Shown: piece after piece, positions 17,201 to 26,700 of the stretch
How positions within the stretch are numbered: position 1 is the stretch's first letter
Layout of the letters: each line of letters opens with the position of its first letter
Virus record (IMG/VR): IMGVR_UViG_3300036398_003808
DNA: 64,000 nt
Reading direction: 5' to 3' (one strand)
DNA from: an uncultured virus (IMG/VR IMGVR_UViG_3300036398_003808)
Taxonomy: Duplodnaviria > Heunggongvirae > Uroviricota > Caudoviricetes
Program-made: the position numbers and the translations under genes
Notes under the pieces: generated by a model
The model's database searches: none
Told to the model about the DNA's origin: nothing
What the model saw: only the letters and a program-made list of their open reading frames with translations

Positions 17201-17521
17201 CTACCGGCGCACAGGCGGAACGAACAGGGCTTCCAGACCCGCTTTAATGTCCGCGCCGAGCAAGGACAGCACTCGGGCTTCAACGTCGGCCTGAGTGTAG
17301 TCGCCAGCCTTGTCGTAGTCCTCACCTTCCCAAAGCGTGAGCTGGAACGGGCAAGGTGCGATGCGGGCGACGCAAGACCTGCGCTCGGAATTGTCAATGG
17401 TCGTCACGTCCAGCTTGGACAGCGTGATCGGCTTCTGAACTCGCTCCTGAGCGGGCTGGCCGTCGCGGGCGGGGCGATAGATTGTGGGTGGCTGAATGGT
17501 GACGGGTGTCTGTAGTTTCAT
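17201..17521 (-). CDS. Hypothetical protein, probably tail-fibre associated
   Basis: 106 aa directly downstream of the fibre gene, AC-rich leader. Confidence 0.7.
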   Translation of the reverse strand: MKLQTPVTIQPPTIYRPARDGQPAQERVQKPITLSKLDVTTIDNSERRSCVARIAPCPFQLTLWEGEDYDKAGDYTQADVEARVLSLLGADIKAGLEALFVPPVRR

Positions 17522-17549
17522 GGTTGTTTTGGTTTGGGTTTACTGAAAA

Positions 17550-20500
17550 TTATAGCAGGCCGGTGCCGAGGATGTCCATCTCGGGGAATTGTAGGGTGAG
17601 CGTGCCGGTGATGTAGGTGGAGGTCGCATAGTCCCGCCATGCGACGAATGCAGCGGCGTGCTGGCGGATGATGCCGTTGCCGGTGATGGTGTAGCCGTTG
17701 TAGCTGGAATCGTAGAATGTCACGTTTCCTGTGATGCCGCTGGCTCCGTTGTAGGAAGATTCACGGAATGAGACATTACCAGTGATGGTGCCATTACCGT
17801 GGTATTTGGAGCCGTTGAAGGTGCAGTTGCCGACGATGACGGAACCGGATGCTGTGCCGGGGCCACTACCATTAAAGATACAGTCTCCGGTGATAGTGCT
17901 GTTGTTGGTGCTGGTGTCGTTGAACACCCACGCCAAGGTGCCAGTCCAGTAGGAGGCGTCCGTAGTCCATGATTCTGACCCCGCCAGCGTGAATGTAGCA
18001 CCATTTGGAAAACTCACCGTGCCTGAGACCGTGCCTTGCTGTGGGTTGAATGGATACGAGTTGTAGCCATTAGGCTGCGCGGGAGGGAATACTGTGTTGT
18101 TGAACGTGACGGTACCGGTAACATTACCAGCGTTGTAGCTAGCATCGTTGAACGTCACGTTTCCCGTGATGGAGCTGGTGCTGCCGCTGGTGTCGTTGAA
18201 AGTAGGGTCGCCGGTGATGGTGCCGTGGGAGAAACTGGAATCGTTGAAGGTTGCGTTTCCGGTGATGGTGCCGTTGTAGTTGTGGGTGCTATAGTCGTTG
18301 AACACCCACGCCAGCGTGCCTGTCCAGTAGGAGGCGTCCACTGTCCATTGTTCTGAGTTTGCCAGCGTGAAGGTGGCTCCATTCGGGAAATCCACGGTGC
18401 CTGAAACGTAGCCTTGTTGTGGGTTGAGGAAATAATTCTGTGCGGTGGAGAAAGAGGTGTTGGTGAACGATGCGTTGCCGGTGATGGTTCCGGTGTTGTA
18501 GCTAGAATCGTTAAACGTGCAGTTGCCTTGGATCTCGCAGCTGTAGTTGTTATAGCTACCGTCATTGAATGTGACGCTGCCGCCGGGATTGAAGTTGCTG
18601 CTGCTGTGGCTACTGTCATTGAAGGTGACGTTGCCGCTGATGCCACCGCCACCGTGGTAGCTACTGTCATTGAAGGTGATAGTACCACTGACACTTCCGT
18701 AGGGGGCGGTGTTGCTGTACTCGGTGAACACCCATGCCAAGGTGCCAGTCCATGTGGAGGTGTTCGTCCACCACGAATGGTTGTATGCCAGCGTAAAGGT
18801 AGCCCCATTCGGGAAGTCCACGGTGCCTGAGACGGAGCCTTGCTGTGGGTTGGAGAATCCAGTGGTTGCGTAGGAGAAAGCTGTGTTGGTGAACGAGGCG
18901 TTGCCGGTGATGATTCCGTTGTCATCGACGTAGCTAGTATCGTTGAAGGTTGCGTTGCCAGTGATGGTTCCGGCGTGGTAGCTGGTGTCGTTGAAAGTTG
19001 GATTGCTGGTGATGTTGCCGTTGCTGTAGCTGGAATCGTTAAAGGTGCAGTTGCCTGTGATGGTGCCGGAGGAGTAGCTGCTGTCGTTGAATGTGGCTAC
19101 GCCACTGAGATTGCCTCCGGTGGCATTGTAGCTGGTGTCGTTGAACTCCCACGCCAAGGTGCCAGTCCAGTAGGAGGCGTCCGTAGTCCATACCGAAGAG
19201 TAAGCCACCGTGAATGTAGCCCCATTTGGAAAATCTACCGTCCCGCTCACGTATCCGCCGTATATGCTGTGCAGAGGGTCACTCGTGAACGTCGTCATTG
19301 TGAACGAAACATTACCCGTTGTGTCACCCGAGTAATAGGCATTATCGTTTAAGGTAACATTTCCGGTAATGTCGCCGCTACACGACGTGTTGTCATTAAA
19401 AGTTGGATCACCAAAGATTGTGCCTGAGCCTGAGCCGCCCCATACGTAAACACTGTAATCGTTGAAGGTTGGATTACCATATATGTAGCCCCCTGTTTTT
19501 TGGGTGCTGTTGTTGAAGGTGACCGTTCCGGTAATGGTGCTATTGTTTTCCATTACGGTAGAGTCGTTGAAGGTAACATCTCCGTTGATGGTTCCGCCAT
19601 CCATACCGCCATAGCTACTACCAGAGAACGTGACGTTGCCGGTAATAACCGCACTGCTGCCAAAGGAGTAACCTCCATCAAGGAAGTCACAGTCGCCGTT
19701 GATAGTGCCTTCGTTGAAATAGACCGTCCCGCCTGAGGCTACCGTGCAGTTTCCGTTGATAACGCCAGGGTAGCCATTGTTGACCACTCCGCCTACGCAG
19801 TCACCATTGATGGTTCCGTAGTTGTAATTGGAACTATACCACTCAAAGTCCCCGTTGACGATGCCGTTTACCACAGGAGAATTGTTGCCGTTACGACTGT
19901 TGCCGTTGAAGGCGACCTCACCGGTGATGGTGCCGTCGTTGTAGCTGCTGTCGTTGAAGGTACAGTCTCCGGTGATGGAGGCGGAAGAAGAACCGTTGTA
20001 GCTGGAGCCATTGAAGGTGCAGTCTCCGGCGATGCTACCCCAGTTGTTGTAGCTGGAATCGTTGAACGTGCAGTCTCCGGCGACATAGAGGGTGGTGCTA
20101 CTGGTATCGTTGAAGGTACAGTCTCCGGTGATGGAGCCGTAGCTGTAGCTGCTGTCGTTGAAGGTGCAGTTGCCGTCGATGTTGCCTTCAAAGTTGGCAC
20201 TAGAGTCGTTGAAGGTGCAGTTTCCGGCGATGTAGCCTGAATTGTAACTGGTGTCGTTGAACTCGAAGCTAGCGGCTGATAGCCCCACAGACGGCCACAT
20301 ACCTACATCCAGCACGCTGTCCCCATTCACCGTCACCAACCCGAGCACGTCCGCCGAAGGGAGGGCAACCACCGTGCCGTTGCCAGTCGCGATGACGACA
20401 TCATCGGCGGTCACGGGAATCACATGCAATTCACAAGTGAGGTCGCTCGTCTCAGTGGAGATTGCGGCCTGACTCAACTCAAAGGTCGTGCCATCCGTGA

Positions 20501-20720
20501 TGCTCGCCACGGTGGTTCCGGTATCAATGCCGTCGCCAGTGATAGGCCGCCCCACCACAAGGCCCGCCGTGCTGTCGCAGGTCACTTCCGTGTCCGTGTC
20601 AATGACATTCACGCCGGTCAGGGTGCCGGAAAAGCCCTCAGTGCAGGCGGCGTCTGCCCACCAGTTCCCGAGGGTGTCCCAGTTTTGGTCAACTGAGGCT
20701 GCGAAGTAGCGTGTCGGCAT
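17550..20720 (-). CDS. Beta-helix repeat tail fibre/adhesin
   Basis: Dozens of FNDSSYNxGxIxGxxT units plus four larger VSGTVDFPNGATFT..WTGTLAW units. Confidence 0.75.
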   Translation of the reverse strand: MPTRYFAASVDQNWDTLGNWWADAACTEGFSGTLTGVNVIDTDTEVTCDSTAGLVVGRPITGDGIDTGTTVASITDGTTFELSQAAISTETSDLTCELHVIPVTADDVVIATGNGTVVALPSADVLGLVTVNGDSVLDVGMWPSVGLSAASFEFNDTSYNSGYIAGNCTFNDSSANFEGNIDGNCTFNDSSYSYGSITGDCTFNDTSSTTLYVAGDCTFNDSSYNNWGSIAGDCTFNGSSYNGSSSASITGDCTFNDSSYNDGTITGEVAFNGNSRNGNNSPVVNGIVNGDFEWYSSNYNYGTINGDCVGGVVNNGYPGVINGNCTVASGGTVYFNEGTINGDCDFLDGGYSFGSSAVITGNVTFSGSSYGGMDGGTINGDVTFNDSTVMENNSTITGTVTFNNSTQKTGGYIYGNPTFNDYSVYVWGGSGSGTIFGDPTFNDNTSCSGDITGNVTLNDNAYYSGDTTGNVSFTMTTFTSDPLHSIYGGYVSGTVDFPNGATFTVAYSSVWTTDASYWTGTLAWEFNDTSYNATGGNLSGVATFNDSSYSSGTITGNCTFNDSSYSNGNITSNPTFNDTSYHAGTITGNATFNDTSYVDDNGIITGNASFTNTAFSYATTGFSNPQQGSVSGTVDFPNGATFTLAYNHSWWTNTSTWTGTLAWVFTEYSNTAPYGSVSGTITFNDSSYHGGGGISGNVTFNDSSHSSSNFNPGGSVTFNDGSYNNYSCEIQGNCTFNDSSYNTGTITGNASFTNTSFSTAQNYFLNPQQGYVSGTVDFPNGATFTLANSEQWTVDASYWTGTLAWVFNDYSTHNYNGTITGNATFNDSSFSHGTITGDPTFNDTSGSTSSITGNVTFNDASYNAGNVTGTVTFNNTVFPPAQPNGYNSYPFNPQQGTVSGTVSFPNGATFTLAGSESWTTDASYWTGTLAWVFNDTSTNNSTITGDCIFNGSGPGTASGSVIVGNCTFNGSKYHGNGTITGNVSFRESSYNGASGITGNVTFYDSSYNGYTITGNGIIRQHAAAFVAWRDYATSTYITGTLTLQFPEMDILGTGLL

Positions 20721-20723
20721 AAA

Positions 20724-22427
20724 TTAATCCACGGACTCCGTGAATCCTCCAGTAAGGGAAACGAGGCACCATTCCCCGCCCATGTATTTGAGTTTGAAAA
20801 TGTAGGACTTCCAAGCCGTGAGTGTCTTGGGGAAGGTTGCCGCACTGTCGCTGGCCCGCTGGATGTCCGCATGGAAGTCCAATGTGTGCGCTCCGTCTGC
20901 CCACCTTACGATCACCGTGATTTCAGAGACGCATTCCGCCGGGGTTCCGGTCGGCACCTGAAACGTGGTGTTCCCGCTCATGTTGCCGTATTGCGTCCCG
21001 CCGTTGGCGAGGCTCAGGGTGACATTTCCGGTGAGCGCACCAATCGAATACGCTCCGACCGGCTTCTGCCCACGAGACCACACCGCAGCACCGGTGGAAG
21101 CATCCAAGCAGTAATATGGAGTGCCGTCCGCCATTTCCCACGTCGTGTCCGTGGTGTAGCCGAGCGTTTCGTCGTCGGTGACGGTAGGGGCAACGGGTGC
21201 GTAGAGGACTTTGCGAACCGTCGAACTGCCATCGGACAGAATGAACAAGTAGCCATTTGCAAACTTATACTCGTAGCCCACCGAGCAAATGATTGAGAAC
21301 CCTGCGGTGCCAGCGATACCTTTGTTCGGCTCGCTCTGCTTGAATTTGGAGCCGTTGAACAGATTGACGATGGCGTTCTCGTCCATCGTCCCGCCCGCAA
21401 GGGGGAGCTTGGTGGCATCGGTGGCAGGCACTACCTCCCATAACGCCGCCGTCGCCGTGTCATCTGTGCAGCGATACAGCGTGCCGTCTGCCGTCTCCCA
21501 CGTCGTGTCTGTGGTGAAGCCGAGCGTGGTGTCATCTGTGGCAGTTGGAGTTGCCGGGGCGTAGAGCACCTTGCGAACCGTCGAACTGCCATCGGACAGA
21601 ATGAACAGGAAGCCATTTGCGAATTTGTATTCGTAGCCCGCCGAGCAGATGATCGAGAATCCTGCGTCTCCGGCAATGCCTTTGTTGGGCGTGCTCTGCT
21701 GCCACTTGGAGCCGTTGAACAGATTGACGACTGCGTTTTCTTCCATCGTCCCGCCTGACAGCGCGAGCTTGGCTGCGAGGGCGAGGGCAATGTCCGTGCC
21801 AGCCGGATCAACGTCGGCAGCTTGTGCGTTGGCAGGGAGTGCGGCATCTGCGGTGGCTTGGGCTGCGGCTGCGGCGTCGCGCGCAGGCTGATCCACTCCG
21901 ATGCTGCCGGTCGCCCAGTTCCCACCCGTCTGTCCAGGCACATCCACGAGCGCCCGAATTGTAGCACCAGCCAGGACCCCGTTCAGCGGGCCGCTTGTGG
22001 CAACTACTGAGATCAGCCAGACGTCGCCCTTCTTGATCGCCCCGGCCGTGCCGCTTCCGCCGGTCGTGGGGAAGGTGTTCACGCTGGCGTCGAAATTCCC
22101 ACGGTCGTCCCATAGGCCGAGCGTAGCGTCCTCGATGGCTGCGTCGCGGTCTTCCACCTCCGCTGCGATCAGTGCGTCTGCGTATGCGCGCACCGCGACA
22201 TCAGAGTAGGCGAGACTCGACCAGATCGTGGTACCATCTCCCATTTTCGCGCGGCCCGTGTCAGTCTCCAGTCCGATCTGTCCCAGCTCCAGCACTGTAC
22301 TGCCGACCCAGCTGGCGGCCGGCAGCCTCAGAGCCTGCGCGCAGAGAGCCAGGGCTGCCCTAGTCCATGCCGATTCCTGCGTAGTTGGTGGGCGTGCGCC
22401 GCCTGGCTCGAGATTGATGATTGGCAT
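20724..22427 (-). CDS. Tail fibre protein with Mtd/hyaluronidase-type N-terminal motif
   Basis: GQIGLETDTGRAKMGDGTTIWSSLAY; KLxLxGGTM knot motifs; internal 120-aa duplication. Confidence 0.8.
   Translation of the reverse strand: MPIINLEPGGARPPTTQESAWTRAALALCAQALRLPAASWVGSTVLELGQIGLETDTGRAKMGDGTTIWSSLAYSDVAVRAYADALIAAEVEDRDAAIEDATLGLWDDRGNFDASVNTFPTTGGSGTAGAIKKGDVWLISVVATSGPLNGVLAGATIRALVDVPGQTGGNWATGSIGVDQPARDAAAAAQATADAALPANAQAADVDPAGTDIALALAAKLALSGGTMEENAVVNLFNGSKWQQSTPNKGIAGDAGFSIICSAGYEYKFANGFLFILSDGSSTVRKVLYAPATPTATDDTTLGFTTDTTWETADGTLYRCTDDTATAALWEVVPATDATKLPLAGGTMDENAIVNLFNGSKFKQSEPNKGIAGTAGFSIICSVGYEYKFANGYLFILSDGSSTVRKVLYAPVAPTVTDDETLGYTTDTTWEMADGTPYYCLDASTGAAVWSRGQKPVGAYSIGALTGNVTLSLANGGTQYGNMSGNTTFQVPTGTPAECVSEITVIVRWADGAHTLDFHADIQRASDSAATFPKTLTAWKSYIFKLKYMGGEWCLVSLTGGFTESVD
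21121..21755. repeat. Internal direct duplication, 360-nt period
   Basis: 21121..21395 aligns without gaps to 21481..21755; differences mostly at third codon positions. Confidence 0.9.
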
Positions 22428-22502
22428 ATCAAAATTTCAGTGGTCGGCGCATGATACGGTCCGGCGCGGCAAAGTCGAGACAGAAAACAGGCGCTGGCAG
22501 GT

Positions 22503-22534
22503 AAAAATCCGCCCCCTCTGTGAGAGGGGGCGGA
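22503..22534 (-). terminator. Intrinsic terminator
   Basis: Perfect 12-bp stem TCCGCCCCCTCT/AGAGGGGGCGGA followed by TTTTT on minus strand. Confidence 0.85.
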
Positions 22535-22610
22535 CTGACTTGGAAAGCCTCAACGACGCGACTTGGAATCCTCTGTAATGACAAATCGCCGCTCGTTCCG
22601 TGCGAGAAAT

Positions 22611-22916
22611 TTAGGCGCCACTGTCAGGTCCCCTCGGGACCTTGGAATGAGAGTCCGCCCCGGAACGCGGGGTCAGGTCTGGCAAGATGACTTCGGCCCG
22701 GGGCACGAAGCCAAGCAGCTTGCCGTCGATTTCGGTGGCGCACACCAGGGTGCCACCTTCCGCCGTCGCGCGGAGGATCTCATTGATGACGCCGGCTGTG
22801 GCACGCGACAAGTCGGTGCCAGATGCCAGCTCTTTGCCGAGCAGCGTGCCCTCGGCGATGTGACGATTCAAAACTTTGGCTGTCTCAGACAGCACGGCTC
22901 GGGATGCTTTGGTCAT
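22611..22916 (-). CDS. Hypothetical protein
   Basis: Start MTKASRAV overlaps upstream stop (ATGA). Confidence 0.65.
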   Translation of the reverse strand: MTKASRAVLSETAKVLNRHIAEGTLLGKELASGTDLSRATAGVINEILRATAEGGTLVCATEIDGKLLGFVPRAEVILPDLTPRSGADSHSKVPRGPDSGA

Positions 22917-23131
22917 GGTTTTTTGGGTGTTGTGTGCCTGATGTAGTTGCTGTCGTCCACCACTTTCGGCGTGCCGTGCTGGCCTCCGATGTTCAGCACG
23001 AGGTGCGTCGGCAGGCTCATGACGACCCGGCCCTTGCCACGTTGTCCTTGCGGGGTGGAGTAGTGGACGGTGGAACCGGGGGCGATGCTTCGCCACCACG
23101 GTTTGGTGGAGAGGATGTTGAGTGCGCTCAT
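22913..23131 (-). CDS. Hypothetical protein
   Basis: Start MSALNIL overlaps upstream stop. Confidence 0.65.
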   Translation of the reverse strand: MSALNILSTKPWWRSIAPGSTVHYSTPQGQRGKGRVVMSLPTHLVLNIGGQHGTPKVVDDSNYIRHTTPKKP

Positions 23132-23601
23132 TCGCGACGGTCTGATTTGATCCACTCCTCGATGGTGGCGAAACTGTCTCCCATTTGTTCCCCGAGCCAG
23201 TCCATTCTGTCGACCAGCAAACGGAAAACCAACCAGGCCGGCGGATCATCGCGGTCGATCCTGTAGACCAGCAATTCCGATCGATAATCATTGTCCAGTT
23301 GATCGATCTCGTGATGCACGTCGGCCTCTTCGTCCGATTCATCTTCAGTGTCGTCCAGCTCTTCCAGCAGCTCGGCTCTGCGATCGCTGATGCTCTCGGG
23401 GAAGATTGTCACCTCGACATACTCAGCGTCGAAGTCCACTTCGTAGCGACCAGTGGATGGTGAAACTTCGATATCGTCTGCTTCGATCCCGTGCTTCTTG
23501 AGTATTTTTGTAGCGGCCCGCTCGGCGAGCCACTCGAAGGCGTTGTTCCATAGGACCAGTTGCGCCGGAGTCAGGATGTCGGTGAATTTTATATTTTGCA
23601 T
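23128..23601 (-). CDS. Acidic hypothetical protein
   Basis: Start MQNIKFTD after an A-rich leader. Confidence 0.7.
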   Translation of the reverse strand: MQNIKFTDILTPAQLVLWNNAFEWLAERAATKILKKHGIEADDIEVSPSTGRYEVDFDAEYVEVTIFPESISDRRAELLEELDDTEDESDEEADVHHEIDQLDNDYRSELLVYRIDRDDPPAWLVFRLLVDRMDWLGEQMGDSFATIEEWIKSDRRE

Positions 23602-23722
23602 AATGTTTCGTGTGAATTTATTTGCCTCCCTCGATGCTTGCGTCTCACCACTCCCCGTCAGGATACTCCATTTTGAGCGCACGCAGATAAGCGCAGAATC
23701 AACGCCCAGAAAGGCGCCGACG

Positions 23723-26700
23723 CTATGAAGGCGAAATCTCTACGTCGTCGTAAAGGTCCACTTCTCCCCGTTCGATAGCAGCCATCACGTCGTCGTCCGA
23801 TGTGAACTTGTGCTTCTTTTGTGGGCGATTGGCGGGACTCAACATGTTCAGCCCGAGCAAGGTCTCATGCTTGGGATTTGCCATCGTCTTGCTGCGGTCC
23901 TTGATGGACCAGAGCATCTTCGAAGCCATCATCTTCTCGCGCACGTCCCTGACCGCCTCGTCGGTGGTCGGCACGTGCACGCTCATGGTGTTTGAGAGGA
24001 TCACGCCGTCGGCCGACATGAAGGTTTCGTAGCCTGGGACGGTGAGGTCGTAGCCGGTTTCGCGGATGCCTGTCTTGTCGACTTCGACGACAGTGGCCCA
24101 GGTGATGTGCTCCTGGTCCAGGATGTCGCGAACCCAAGTCTTGAGCAGGTCCGAGTCCAACGCGCCACGATACACCGGGAGAGCCTCCAGGCGTTCCAGC
24201 AGTCTGCGTCGGCGGAGTCCACCCAGCGCGTCGCCGGCGTGCGCCGCGGTTTTGATGATGGATGCCAACTTGTAAGTCTCAGACCCCTTGTCGTTGTCAG
24301 CGGAGAACGGCGCAGCGGTCGCGTAAACGCCGGCCCGTAGAATCTTCGCATTCGCGGATGTCAGCTCCACCACCTCGGAACGCAGCAAGGTCAGCGCAGC
24401 GTCGCGAGCCGCGACACGCTTGGCGAGCATCTCGCGCAGATGATCCAAGACTGCGCGCGCGCTCGGACGCGAGATGACACCTTCGTGTTTCCCCTTGGCC
24501 CACTGCACGACCATATTCTGCTGGTGCTTCTTCCAGTCCAGCTCCGGGCTGTCAGTTGTGCGGTCTTCGGCGGTGATCTTGGGATTGACGAGGTCGTGCT
24601 GGACGACGTCGAAGACGTTGCGGGGTATGACCGCCTTGTTGAACACCGCCGCTGTGTTCTCGCGGACTACTTCCGCTTTGAGGAAGTTCTCACGTTTGTG
24701 CTCGGTGGCCAGCCCGGCGAAGAGGTCTAGCCGCTTGCAGTCCCACGTGGACATTGCGAGCACCCAGCATTCATTCCCGCCGCTGGTTTCCTTCGACCAC
24801 GTAACCGAAGCACGCACGTCCAGCGTCATGCAGAGTGCTTGCAGTTCACGAATGAGTCTCAGCGAAGTGGATCCGATGTTAAACACGTTCCCCTTCCCTT
24901 CCTCGCCGCCATTCCCGACACTGATGGATCCGTCGGTGTCCACCATGCCAGTCAGGAACCCACGTCGAAACTCCTCCGGCGCGCGGAACAGGAATCCGGG
25001 GACGCGCTTGTTCGCTGCTCCGGATGTTTTTTCGTCGCGCTCGCCGCCCAGGTGTAACTGCAGAAACGCAGCCACGTGCTCACTTCCGGCGAAGTTGAAG
25101 CTGTGCCTGATCGTATCGCCGTATCGAGCGTCTCCCTCTTCCTTATTCTGCTCGTGGCGGTGATAGTAGAGCGTTCCCGCAGAATCCAGATGCTGTTCGA
25201 TGAAGGATTTCAGACGCTTTGCGTTGTCCTCCTTGAGATCGGCGAGATGAAGATTCCGACGCCCCTTCCAGCCGCGCGTAGCGTAGAAATCGTAGTCTTT
25301 CTTATCCCACCATCCGTCGCCGCACATCGCGCCCATGAACCAGCCCGCGTCGAAGTCCAGGACGATCTGGACGCTGCCCATCTTCACTTCCGCGATCGGT
25401 TCCAGTGTTGCTACCAGTTCCCGTAGGTTTCTCCCGCACGGAACCGCAACCTTTTTCTCCAGCGCATCTGTCGGCGTCCAGCGTCCCATCTCGCCCGTCG
25501 TCGGGTCCATGCCGTAGACGGCCCGCGGGTCGTCATCGGTGAAGGTCTGCCGACGGTTGGACAATGTGACAACCTCGATCGGAGGCGCAGTGTGCTCGCT
25601 CCACCCGGCGACGTCGGCCCATACCAACGCCCCAGTATTCTCGTCGAATGCGATGACCTTGGTTCCCGGTAGGGCTTTGAAGAACCTGATATAGCTGTTG
25701 GTGCCCTGCTTCTCTCCGATGAGTTCCTCGCTGCGCGGGAAGTCCTCGAGGTCGATCACAGCCACTTCGTGCGTGGTCGGATCAATGTAGGGTAGTTGAA
25801 GTTTGTTATACATATCAGCAGCATTGCCGAGAATCTGAAAGCGGTCAACCAAATATGACGGCAAGGATGAAATTAGGTCGCGCTGAATCGCTGTAACTAC
25901 CTGATTATGAACTTCGTCCCCGTCAAAATCGGCGTTCATTCCCTCCGTGATGAAGGTGTTCACCCGAATCGCGTCACCTGGAACAATCCGGGGACGCTGT
26001 CCGATCACGTTCGTCCGGTGCCATGCCGGGGACCTGGTGATCACGACGGGCCGGCGCGGCGTCTCATGCCCCTCCTTGTCGGTCTCCGTGCCCATCTCGT
26101 AGTCCAGCGCCTTGCGCGCCATCGGCGAGCGGTCAGTCAGATGCTTGAGCGCGGCGGCCGGCGCCATGCCGGAACGCACCAGCCGCCGCTGCACGTAGTT
26201 GCTGTAGAGCTTCCACGCCATCTCCTCGGGGATGCCGACGTCGTCCATGCCCAGGTCGGCGTCAGGCACGATGACGCCGCGGCCGACCGTGTCGACCGGC
26301 TTGGACAGCATCTTGGAGGCGTAAAAACTCGTTTTTGGATTCGTACCGGTGACCATCTTGAAGAACCCCTTCACCTCGCGCGCGCGGGTCTTGGGGTTCG
26401 GGCTCTCGCCGTAGCCGTAGGCAGCCTTGGCCGCGCGCGTCATGTCCATGTAGGCCTCCGCCGCGCCGTCGCGCCCCATCGCCTTCTCCGTGTCGCTGTA
26501 GAGCCGGCGATACTCGAGCAGGTCCCGGTAGACCTCGTTCGAGTCGCCCGGGAGGAACGTGTCGCCGGTAACGCTGAACGGGCGGAACTTCGGCGGGATG
26601 ACCGGCACGGATGTGAGCATCATGTGCTCCGGCCTCAGCTCGTTGACGCGCAGCCCGTGCAGGATGTTCAGCATCCGCACCGCGCGGCTGCGCTTGGTCT

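Noticed and set aside
17700..20300. Regularly spaced gtcgttgaa repeats as a CRISPR array
   Set aside because: They encode protein repeats (FND) in one open frame; no constant repeat-spacer pattern and no cas genes
21121..21755. Duplicated segment in an Mtd-like fibre as a DGR template/variable repeat pair
   Set aside because: Both copies are in-frame coding, differences are mostly synonymous and not adenine-specific, and no reverse transcriptase is present in the window
23990..25915. RNAP insert as a group I intron or a class 3 intein
   Set aside because: The insert is fully in frame, ends in an intein block F/G motif with Asn|Thr and does not end in G; block F has Asp rather than the class 3 Cys
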